Position numbers and translations under genes: made by a program
Part shown: positions 47,558-58,406 of the stretch, one piece after another
How the letters are laid out: each line of letters opens with the position of its first letter
Position numbering within the stretch: the first letter of the stretch is position 1
Notes under the pieces: model-generated
The model's input: the letters and a program-made list of their open reading frames with translations, nothing else
Told to the model about the DNA's origin: nothing
Databases searched by the model: none
Source of the DNA: Paraphysomonas bandaiensis
Lineage: Eukaryota; Protista; Chrysophyceae
Length of the DNA: 64,000 nt
Direction of reading: 5' to 3'
NCBI GenBank assembly: GCA_965644295.1
Contig: CBFFRP010000398.1
Span: 1 to 64,000 of the forward strand

Positions 47558-48208
47558 TATGCCATAACGTTAAGTATCGTTTAGCTATGATTTGCACTGT
47601 CGGTACTTTATACCAGAAAATTAAAGTTCTCTTACTCAGTGGGAAAGTTCCGATTGTACGGAGAACAAAAGATAAAGATAGGAATATCCCTTACAGAGTC
47701 CAGAGTCAGGAAATAATATAACAACATTTGTCACAGTTTTACAGAGTTACATTACCGCTTAATTATTCAGTTCAGGAAAGTGAAAGAAAGTTAGTACAAC
47801 GATATTGATTTATAACATATTTGAACGATATACGATATACATATTCGTACCAAGCAAAAAAATGTAGACAGAACGAAGGCTAACGTGTGACGTGACTGTA
47901 TACTCTATACTGTCAGTCCTAGGCCTACTCGTAATTACAGTAGTGTAGATGAAACGCAATCTATCGTAAGCGCATGTGTAAATGTGTACGTATATCTACA
48001 TAGTAAAATATAGTTTTATTGAATTACGGGTTATCATCCCGCAATCGAAATTTTGAGAAAATAATAATCTTGAAGTATATTGCGAAGCCCTGGCATCACT
48101 TGCATTGACATCATTCTGGTCTTCTACAAACGGAATACAACTTGCGGGAATGTTTTATTGTCTGCTTTCGAATGACGACTTATCATCGTGGTTTCCCTAA
48201 ATAATGAA

Positions 48209-48556
48209 TAAAGAATTGATCTTAGTAATAGTAAAACAATGTTGTGATTATTAGGGTGTAAATCAGGGCCTGATAACCATTAATGGCCCATTAATGGTAG
48301 TCCAGTTCCCGGCAATTATAATGGCCATTAATGGACTCTGTAATGTAATGAACACGATAGAGTGAGAATTATGAATAACAACACATAACTGTTATGCACA
48401 ACGGAATAGTTAGAAGTGTAACTGATAATGACGACGTTATGATGACGATCATGTATCTTCAACTTCAACAGATACTCTCTCCAATTCAGTTCATGACATA
48501 TTTCATTGAACATTATAACTCACAGATACAATCTTGTATTAAGCTGAATCCTAATA
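48209..48556. repeat. Dispersed repeat (inverted homolog of 42081-42330) with a 77-bp CAGGG...CTCTG insertion at 48264-48340
   Basis: The reverse complement matches 42081-42330 except for the insertion, which holds three CCATTAATGG palindromes. Confidence 0.75.
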
Positions 48557-48626
48557 TAATGGTGTAATATAATGAAGTCACTTTCTAATTACTGTCAATA
48601 CCAGAACTAAGATGGATGTTAGTTGC

Positions 48627-48722
48627 TGTTCGAACCGAATAAAAAAGTAGAATGTCTACACTTGCCCGTTCTGTTGAACCCAATTCAGGTGAAGAAAACA
48701 CGTTTTGAGACTAAATGGGGAT
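48627..48722. repeat. Dispersed repeat, homologous to 52918-53030 (probable transposon end)
   Basis: Both copies share AACCGAATA..AAGT.GAATGTCTA...TTGCCCG...CTGTTGA.CCCAA.TCAGGT...GAGAC.AAATGGGGAT. Confidence 0.6.
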
Positions 48723-49036
48723 GAAGAAAAATTGATAGTCATCCAGATTCTCTCTAGATGCGTACAAGTATTTTCAGTAATTTTATTATTACTGCCTATG
48801 ATGAACCATACTCCCTTGTATGTATACATCGTCGACATGGATGTTGCTTCTTAACTTCTAGTACTCAATATGGAGCACTCTACTACTTCTACTACGCGCA
48901 CTACCCATAACCAAAAGTAGTGTATATATGACATTTATATTTCGGAAAAGTCTAATTCGTGAAAATGGTGCACACGGTTGAAAAACGCATGTCAGTCTAT
49001 ATACATCAGTTCTGCGCTGTCTCTAACATAAGCCAC

Positions 49037-49967
49037 TCAAAAGTCCGAAATCTGGTCCACCCATTCCGGGTAGTCAATAAACGGATTACGGTTATGCTGC
49101 CACTCTGCATAAATGTCTTCGTTGCGAGCAATTTCACTCTCATCCACAGGGTCGTTTGCGTGCCAAGTTCTTAGCTCTTTCTCCATCCACGGCTTGATAT
49201 CACTGCCATTCACAGCATCAGTATCACAGCAGTCCCACTCGTTCCAATAAGCTGTCGCCAAGTAAAAATATGACCTGGCGAAGTCACCTTTGAACAAATC
49301 GGTCGGCTCAAAGCACTTTCCACTATAGTCAGGGCTGCTGCAGGTGCCGATGCGGCAACCGTTTGAGGACTCATACGTAACAGTGTCCGGGTCCACATTG
49401 CCAAAAGGAAGGCTGCTACGAAGCCCATTCACATACCCATCAGAAGGCCAAAGCTCAAACAAGTCCGTTTGTGCATTCTTGCCCTGATCGAAACCTACAC
49501 AGCTCATTAGGCGACCCCTCACAGTATGACACACCACAACACACCTCCAAACCACGACTTCGGCCACAGATGCTCTCTGTTGAAGCAGTCCCCTTCTTGC
49601 TTGTAGTTACCACACTCCCCACCAGATACCTTTTCAGTAGACCAGCAGTATGTTGAGTAGACGTCTGGTATATGAGAGGCGTTCGCGTCGCACGGATACT
49701 GCGGTAAGTTCTTGTCAACGGTCTCAAAGCAATCCCACACCTCATCGTATGAGTAAACCGTATGAGGGTTTATGAGATCATGTAGTTGACCTGATTATAC
49801 AGCACTCTGTTACAATATACTGCCATTAGCATGTGCATTACTGTACCTTTCAGGTCATCATCAGTGGCTGACTTATCTATAGACGCATAGTACTCATCAG
49901 CAGACAGGAGACTCGCTGCAAGCACAGCACTGCTCAGGAATGCACCGAGTGTCCCTTCAAGGTGCAT
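49037..49967 (-). CDS. Secreted endonuclease I family nuclease (EndA/Bsn-like), 3 exons
   Basis: Signal MHLEGTLGAFLSSAVLAASLLSA. Motifs FNREHLWPKSWF, TDLFELWPSDGYVNGLRS, FEP..KGDFARSYFY and WHANDPVD..E..RN...QHNRNPFIDYPEWV. Confidence 0.9.
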
Positions 49968-50422
49968 TGGTATAAGTATACGTATAGGTATAGGAGAAGT
50001 GAAGTGAAGTGATAGTGGCGATAATATGCATATGGTGTACTCCGTACTGCTTGGGGTATACTTCATCTTGTGTTTGCTGCACAAACTTTAGGCCACAATT
50101 TCGTTTTTGGTGTAACATGACATCATCATCACCACTGAATGGTAGTCTCGTTGTACTACACCATTCTACCAACGTATTCTGATGGTTGTTGTATTTTTCA
50201 GGGACTGTATTCTGTCGTATTACTGTGTATTCATCAGTTGGAGGATTTGAATTCTCTCTCTATACGTGTGTATATGTATACATATGTGAAGTGGAAGTGA
50301 GCGAAGTGACTATGAAGAGAGCCGTATGTGAATATATATATATATATATATGTGTGTATGTATGTACAGTGATATTGCTTATAGCGGTTAGTCTGATTGA
50401 GTAAAGCAGAGACCGTATCGTC

Positions 50423-52288
50423 ATGTCAGAGAAACAAGTAGATGACAAACCTCCCAATCGAAGACCGAGAAGAACCGCACGATCTTCTCGTCGACGGCAG
50501 GAGACATCAGAGGATGTATCTGTTGATGTAGATAGAGAGGAGAGATCACAGAGACGACAACAACAGCAACAACAGACATCTACATCCACATCTGCAGCCG
50601 CAAAGAAACGACAGGCTGTTTCCTCTACTGTGCTGCAGGAAGATATGGAGGAGGACGGATTGAGCCTGTATGAGCTGCAGGAGTTTGTGAATGTATCGTT
50701 TGGAGATGCGTGTGATGGGCGGATCGATGCTTCTAAGATAGGATGGGAGTATACGAGCGATAGACGCGGTGGACATGTACTGTTTGTTGAGAATCCGAAG
50801 ACTGGATTGTTAGTAGAAACTCCGATAGAGGGTCAAGCTCCGACGCCAGGTGTGGAAGATGAAGAAGATGACGAAGAGGTGGGCACAAGAGATACATGTA
50901 GTTTGTATTGACAGCTATACCTTGAGTAGACTCCATTGGTTCCGGGAGTAGCACCGCGGGGAGGTGTTGATGCAGCTCTACAACAGGCTACGGGTCCTAC
51001 TACACCCATGCAGGCTGTGTATATGTTCATGCAGGTGTGTTTGTCGTTAGTCATGACTTTTATATGTATACTACGTACGTTTAGTATGTCGTAGCTAGAT
51101 TTTAGGTACACATATGAGAATGTTTAATGCAGGGTGTGTTGGCGGGTTTCTCTCTAGCCTTAGTGTACACAATTTCTGAGGTACCGCTGATATATTAAAA
51201 AAACATTCTTACCACTGATAATACTGCAGGCTTCCAATGACAGGGATTTACTACTTGACTATCAGCCCTCAGCCAGTGAGAGCAGGTAATTCATGGACTG
51301 TACTTCATGCAATTACGGTGGTGTTATAAGTGTCATGTAGACGGTTTTTCTTCATAATTAGTTGCGCCTCCCTGGTGGGGGCTTTGGATGCCCTTATCCA
51401 TTCATTCTATCTCCAGCGTACACTCTCTTTGTACGCATCTCAGGCTGATGGTGGAACTAGCAGTCGTAGCAAGCTTTCATCAATGCGGGATCTATACTCG
51501 CGCCAGCAGCAGGATAGAGGGCTAGTTGCGTGGGAAACATTGATGTTCCCGTTAGCAGCGTGGACTTTCTTGTGTTTCTCGTTGTGCTTCCTTGCGGTGC
51601 TTATTATGGGCGCAGCGGTACGAATATTTGACCGCGCAGCTCTTTCTCTATTTCATTTTTGGGGTATTAGGAAGTCCTTATCGCCAATAAGAACGGATAT
51701 TCACCTCCTGATGACTCTACAGAAGATGCAGATGCGTGGGTGGAGGATGCCCTAGATGACAGCCTTTTCAGCGATAGATTTGAGCTTTGGAAAGATTTAG
51801 CTTCTGTAAGAGTCTGTTTTGCTCTCCTGGGGTGGATGGGGTGGGTTTTTATTTGATCTATTATGTTGCGTTCTGATAGATATACAGGAGCTGTCTCGTG
51901 GTGCTCATACAGCACTTTCTCGGGGGAAAGAGAGAAGATGACATCAAGAGGTATGTTGAGTGTATGTTGAATATACTATTTTTAAAAGCTCCCTGCAGGC
52001 TGTACGACCATATATCAGGCCTCAAACAACGGATTTCAGGTTTCTACTTCAATCACTTTTTGTTTCCTTTAACCTGCTTGTTGCCAGCTTTACAAGGTGA
52101 TAAATTTGAGTCTAGTATATCTCCATCTGACCTTAGGCGACTTCTCGCTATACAAAAGGTACTAATACGCGAGATCGCAATATCAGTCATATTTTAAATG
52201 GTATATACTTTTGTAGTTGGGGGTTCAGAGGACGGAATCTGCCTTGGCTACGTTACAGCAGGCAGATGATGATTCCCAGAAATCGTAG
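50423..52288 (+). CDS. Multi-exon polytopic membrane protein, possibly TMEM237-like (ciliary transition zone)
   Basis: Long charged, disordered N-terminus with LFVE, then about 4 TM segments: FMQGVLAGFSL, LLLDY..FFFIISCASLVGALD, FPLAAWTFLCFSLCFLAVL and WKDLASVRVCFALLGW. Stop TAG at 52286-52288. The family call rests on pattern resemblance only. Confidence 0.55.
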
Positions 52289-53396
52289 TTGTTGCGTTAT
52301 ATATGTATAATCGTGTACTGTTTATGTCTAGGAAATCTTATGGCCTCTTAAGTTGTATTGTAGATTAAATGTAAACGCATATTATTATTATTGTCTGTAC
52401 CCTTTTGCTATTAATGGTTATTACAAGATGATTGTAATAGAAATATGGAAAATATTCCCCGTTTGCATTGAAATATACTCTTATGCTAACCGCTATATAT
52501 GAAATTGACGTTGTCGAAAAAATTGATGACAGAAACTCGTGGATTGAACTTTCAATCATTATAGCTGCGCATTACAGTGATGAGAGCAATCGAAAGCAAA
52601 GTATTTGAAATATAACGTTATGACTGTTACATGAAGAATACAGTAGTGACACAACATACAACTCGGCCTCCTTAAAGGTTTATTTGCTAAAGAAATATAG
52701 CACTTTTTCGAGAACTACAACCCTTATATGAAGACAGATCACTTGCACTGACCTCATTATGCTCTTCTACAGCAGTCGAAGGATGGAATATAACTTGGAG
52801 TTAGATGATCTGCCCTTGATATTTGGCTCATGATTGTGGTTTCTCTATAACTGTGTACTATAATGAAATCACGTACATTCGACTGTCATTATCATAATAG
52901 GGATAGAAGTGAGCTTCTGTTCAACCGAATATTGAAGTTGAATGTCTATATTTGCCCGGTGGTGATATGAGCGCCCTGTTGAGCCCAAATCAGGTCAAAA
53001 AAACGCATTTTTCGAGACAAAATGGGGATATATCTCATAGTACAATTATCTTGTATTCGTTTCCTAAATCTAATTCTTTATCTGATTTTGAGGGTGAATC
53101 CCACTACATATCAAAAATACTGCGAGTCAATTAAAAAAGCTACATTGTATTGACAAAAACAAGGTCAATGATGTTCAGTAAAATTCTATACGGGACGATA
53201 GCTTTTTAATTAACATATTTTTTTAAAAGCATACGCTAAAGCTGTCCAATGGTCAAATTCGTTCGCTTTATACAATACTGATTATATATCATGCTTATCA
53301 CATTGTGATTTTCCTTTAAAAAGAATCAAGTAAATAAAACAGTTTGAGGTCTAATTGCAATCAAATACACCGTAGAGCATGCAGACATGGGAGTTA

Positions 53397-54999
53397 TTAG
53401 AGCTCATCCTCACTTTCACTAAGCTGGACCGGAATCAAAGTGCTATTTCCCTCTATTTTGTCGTCCGTCTCCCGCAGCTGCTGCTGCTTTTCAGCTACCT
53501 TCCTATCAGACTTTCCCCTGCTCTTCGCCTTCCGTGAAAACACCTCAGCATCGATGGGCTCTGTCTCTGTGCTGCTCCTGCCTCTTTCTCGCCTGGCTTG
53601 AGCTCTTCTATCCGGCATTCCCTTGTGATCGTAAAAAGACGCCTCGGCCACTGCTATCTTAGAATCTGCGGTCCCATAATAGAGCAGCCATTTGCCACGG
53701 AAGAACACTAGGCCTTCCAAAAAGCAAACATTTCCCACCTGCCCCGTTATCTCAAAATCCTCAGAGGGCTTGAAAAAAGTTTCTTCCGACCTGCAGCAGC
53801 ACCGACTCATCATCAGCGGCAAAAGTCGGAAGAATGGGTCACATTACCTCATCAACACCTTTGAAGGGTCATCCAAAGAAAACAGAACCTGTCCCGCCGA
53901 GTAGGTCCCCGGTGCCAAGTTTGGGTCTGCCTCGCCATTCACGCACCGATAACCTGGCAGAGACTCACATGCAGTATTCTTAGAATTGTATATAAACAAA
54001 ATGCCGTCTGGTCGCACGATTGCAGGCGGACCAGGCTCCACTAGATTCGAATCAAACTTTCCTCGCCTAGGGGAGAGGACAGATAGGGGTTTCTTGGCTG
54101 CGGTTGGAAGGTCCATATGGTCTGGTCGACCCCTATACACAGCGTCTGCATGTTCTGCCATAACAGGCGTCCAGTTGATGAGATCCTGGGATGTAGCGAG
54201 ATGGAGATCATTTTCCCCCCAGTACATCCAAAAGCTTCCGTTCAGTTTGGCTGCCACAAGCCGTCCATCTGGCATGGGGTGCGAAACTATGGAACCCGAT
54301 TTAGTCCAAGCATTCAAGTAAGAGCCCCCAAATGCTTTTCCAAATGCTGGCCCATGCTTTGTCCAGTGGAATAAATCACTACTGGTTGCAACACACAATC
54401 GGGCTGTACCATCATATGAGGTATACGTCATCACGTACCCTCCATCTGGAGATTCCACCACTCTCGGATCCTCACACCCACCATCCCATTCAAATTTGTC
54501 ATTGCGATCCTTCGCGGGGTACAGTACAGGTGATGGGAGGCGATTATTGAAGCTGACTCCATCCTCGCTCCACGCTATACCGATACGTGAAGTACCAGCA
54601 TAGCTACCAAGCTATCGGTTCGTAAGATACACTAATCACACACACATCTCATAACATCACCTTATCCTCTGCCCTATACAGCAAATAAACTTTGTTGTCC
54701 TTCACAACAGCCGCAGGATTAAAGACATCCTTCTCCTCCCATCTGACATTTTTTCTTCTAACAGGACACTTAAAGACAGACGATGCATTCGGACCCAGCA
54801 CAGGGTTCACTGCACCCATCTTTGAGAACTCCATCTGCCATGAGTGATTTGGGGTCTCTGATTGTATCCTGTGAGTCATTTCAGGGGATAGTATGGTGTT
54901 ACCTGTGCTAGATGCATACGTACACACGCATCCGTATATAAATAGAAGAGTAATGACATGAGAGGATTGGAGGGGGGTTGAGAGGACAGATAGGGCCAT
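53397..54999 (-). CDS. Glycoside hydrolase family 130 (beta-mannosidase/mannoside phosphorylase family), 3 exons, signal-like N-terminus
   Basis: WEEKDVFNPAAVV..VYLLYRAED, TSRIGIAWSEDG, GGCEDPRVV, YVMTYTSYDG, WTKSG, FDSNLVEPGPP and VCFLEGLV..WLLYYGTADS. Confidence 0.9.
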
Positions 55000-55620
55000 A
55001 ATAGGGAGGTGATTGAGGGTAAAGTGGTGGGGTAGTGGGTTTATTGTATGAGAGGGTGATATGCCTATATATGCATATATATATACAGCGATGTGCTCAG
55101 TACATACACCGCTGGGACTGTACATACTATGCGGATACAGAGTATACGAGTGATGCGTGTATGCATTGATGTATAGTATATAGATCGATATACAGTACAG
55201 GTGAAATACCAACAGTATTATATATATATACTGTATATACAGAGAATACGACCAGCAGCGTAATACATCAAAGTACAGCAAAATACACAGTTAGAGTACA
55301 GAGTACAGTGTACTCCTGTATCAGATTGGATAATGTACATCCGCACCTGTCCTCCAGTACATCTATCTAAATACACATACGTATCCTTCCCTTTCATACA
55401 TACGCACTTCACCCGCAGTCTCAACTCACCTACTCCAATTAGACGTATGGACATGTCCACATACGCCCATTCACTCCTCAAATTTTCAGCAGTGTGTTAA
55501 TATCCACATACCCAAATATTAAAATATTAAAAAATTCAATCCATGCAAATCTTTCAAGAAATCCACTCAGTTCATCTCTCATTATTTCACCCTCCTCAAG
55601 GATAGAAGAACTCTATTGCA

Positions 55621-57174
55621 ATGAGTACTGAAGCAGCAGGCAGTACAGATCAAGTGGATAAGTACTCCACACCTCCTCAGAAGACTCCTCTCGATATCTT
55701 CTTTACATACTTGAAGTACATCGTATCCTCTGGGCTCACTTTGACTTATGTCGTCTACATCTTATGGGGCATATGGACCAATCAGGCGGTGTTGCCTGGC
55801 CCGCCTATCGCCCACTTCTTGATCTTTTTGTTCTGTATGACTCTTGTGGCGTATCTTGAGGGATTACAAGTGGCTATCTTAGCCGTTGAACACACTGATC
55901 CAGAGAAGTATCGGGAAACTCATCCACGTGCCTACGAGCTCATTACATCAGTCAAGAGGGGTAATAATGTTGAAAAGTTTCTGGTTGGACGTCAGTTCTT
56001 CACAGTATTTGTTATGACTCTCATGGCACAAGTGACCAGTTTCCCTAATATCTCTTCTCTTGGAATCCCACCAGTGATTTGGTTTATCTTCATTCAGACT
56101 GGTCTGCCTGGTGCAATGGTAGTTACCACTATTGGCTCACTTCAGCCCCAGCTGTTGGCTGCCAAGGACCCTTGGAAGTTTATGAATCTGTACGGGTCAT
56201 GCGCGACTCTCTACCTTTGCTATGGTTTGGAGTTCACTGGTATCTGCACACACTTCGCCTGGATGCTCATTACGATCCTACGCAACACCGTCTTCATCAC
56301 GGATCAGAAACCCAAGAAGCACCAGAGGGAAGTCACTCTTCAAAGCCAACTCATTGAGGCTGCTAAGTATGTGGTTTCCACATGCGTTATCCTAACTTAC
56401 ATGACCTACCTCATGTGGGGTATCTGGACTGGCCAGGCTGTGCTCCCTGTTCCTCACATTGCTGTCTTTATTGTCTTCTGCTGTTGTATTCTCTTTCTTG
56501 CTCACCTGGAGGGACTGCAGGTGGCGATATTGGTTGCAGAGGCAAAGGACCCTGAGCCGTATGCTCAGAGTTATCCTCGCGCATACTCGCTCATGAAGAG
56601 AGCCACTTACGAAAAAAATGTCCGCCGATTCTTAATTGGAAGACAGTTTTTTGTCATCTTCGTAGTCTTTCTTATCAATCAGTGTACTATTTTCCCAGAA
56701 ATTTCTAAATTGGGAATCAACAACGGTGTCTGGTTTGTGTTCGTCCAGCTGGGATTCCCAACCGCCCTCAACATCCTCTGTTTTGCTCAGCTTCCCGCTC
56801 AACTGCTCGGTAATCAGGATCCTTGGTTGTTTATGAACCGATATGGTCCCCGCTTCACTTTAGAGGTATGTCTTTTTACCGAGATGACTGGTTTGGCCCA
56901 TTTCAGTTGGGTTGCTACATCTTTCTCCAAGGCTACTTGGTTCCCTATTACTGTCAGCGCAATCTCTGAGATTGAGCAATACAAAGACCTAGAAAGCATT
57001 AAGACACCTAATGCAGCCACAGATGAGGTCACCTCAGCAGCTCCAACTTCAACTGTCCAGGATTACAACAGCGTTCCTGAGGCAGATCTTGCTACCGAGG
57101 AACTCGATATGGAAATGCATTCCAACCTTGGGCGATTTTTAAAGTCATTTAGGCTTCCTACAGCCAGGAACTAA
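55621..57174 (+). CDS. SIT: Silicon transporter (full-length two-repeat SIT, 517 aa, intronless)
   Basis: Two LEGLQVAIL (EGxQ) and two FLxGRQFF (GRQ) motifs in a duplicated hydrophobic multi-TM unit. Confidence 0.95.
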   Translation: MSTEAAGSTDQVDKYSTPPQKTPLDIFFTYLKYIVSSGLTLTYVVYILWGIWTNQAVLPGPPIAHFLIFLFCMTLVAYLEGLQVAILAVEHTDPEKYRETHPRAYELITSVKRGNNVEKFLVGRQFFTVFVMTLMAQVTSFPNISSLGIPPVIWFIFIQTGLPGAMVVTTIGSLQPQLLAAKDPWKFMNLYGSCATLYLCYGLEFTGICTHFAWMLITILRNTVFITDQKPKKHQREVTLQSQLIEAAKYVVSTCVILTYMTYLMWGIWTGQAVLPVPHIAVFIVFCCCILFLAHLEGLQVAILVAEAKDPEPYAQSYPRAYSLMKRATYEKNVRRFLIGRQFFVIFVVFLINQCTIFPEISKLGINNGVWFVFVQLGFPTALNILCFAQLPAQLLGNQDPWLFMNRYGPRFTLEVCLFTEMTGLAHFSWVATSFSKATWFPITVSAISEIEQYKDLESIKTPNAATDEVTSAAPTSTVQDYNSVPEADLATEELDMEMHSNLGRFLKSFRLPTARN

Positions 57175-58406
57175 TGTGGTACACATGAGTACTATTTGTT
57201 GTGCAAGTTTATTACAAATTCACTGGTAATTTGCTTTACGTAGAGCAGAATTCGATGTCATTCCGATATTGTCTGAAGTTTTGTTGATTGCGTGAAATAA
57301 GAATAACAATCTATACATATTCCATAAAGTCATTTCATTCTTTCGATTTTAATAAACCTGACGGATAAAGCACTTGGGACATAATCTGCAATATAACTTT
57401 GTACCAAAAGAGGACTTAGGTCGTTTTAGTTCTTAGGTTTTACCACAAAGTTAAAACGCTACTAAGATGAGCATTTACCGTATCCGTATTGTGCTATATA
57501 TGTAAAATGTATTTTCATGATCAATAATTGCTATTACCATAGCATATATCTCCACCTTAATTGTAAATAAAATTTTAAACACTTTACGTTTTATAAAGTA
57601 ACAATATATACGAAATACCTATCATGTATTAGTTTCCTTCCTAGAAGTGGACGTCGAAGCCGCGAAATCGCATTAGAATTTGACAAAAGAGCGAAAAGAG
57701 TTATTTTAGTGAAAGTATCCAAGAGTTATATATATTAATAAATAATAATAAGTATTAAATATGCTGTCAGTCAAGAATTATTCATCAGAAGCATGTACTG
57801 ATAATGCAATAAAATAACAGGCAATCATGAATCCACTGTTTACTGTTTAAAAGGGGCCCAATTTACTAACGCCAATACAGTTTCTTTTTTTCCTTGCTAT
57901 CATGTGTACATGTGTGAATTGATGACATCCTAGTGTAGTGCATAGTGTACAAGATTTTGTCAGTGGAAATCACTGCTAAAATGATTTCTAATAAACATTT
58001 AGCATCATTTAATTCCTCTGATGAAGTAGAAAGTATTATACATTCATTTATATTATACTATACAATTTCCTTAGCCAGTTCATCAGGAATAATCTGCTGA
58101 ACAGTATACTCAACTTGCCCTTTTCTTTTACCAATAATTAGATGTGTGAAAATATACTGAATGAGAATCATAATGTTTAAATGGGTTGGATACTACTGTT
58201 CTGGGTAGTAAACTGGCAATGCATGTATTTCTAAGCAAGGTAGAGATAATTTTAACGTGCAAGCAGAGCGACCATTGTGCCATGAAAAACTGTCATTATA
58301 TGAATTTATGTATCAATTGTGAGGTAAACGAATGCAAAATAACTAGCTACATCACTTCTAATGGAGGTTCTAAGCATCATTACAGCTAGTCGGAGCAACA
58401 CTAAAA

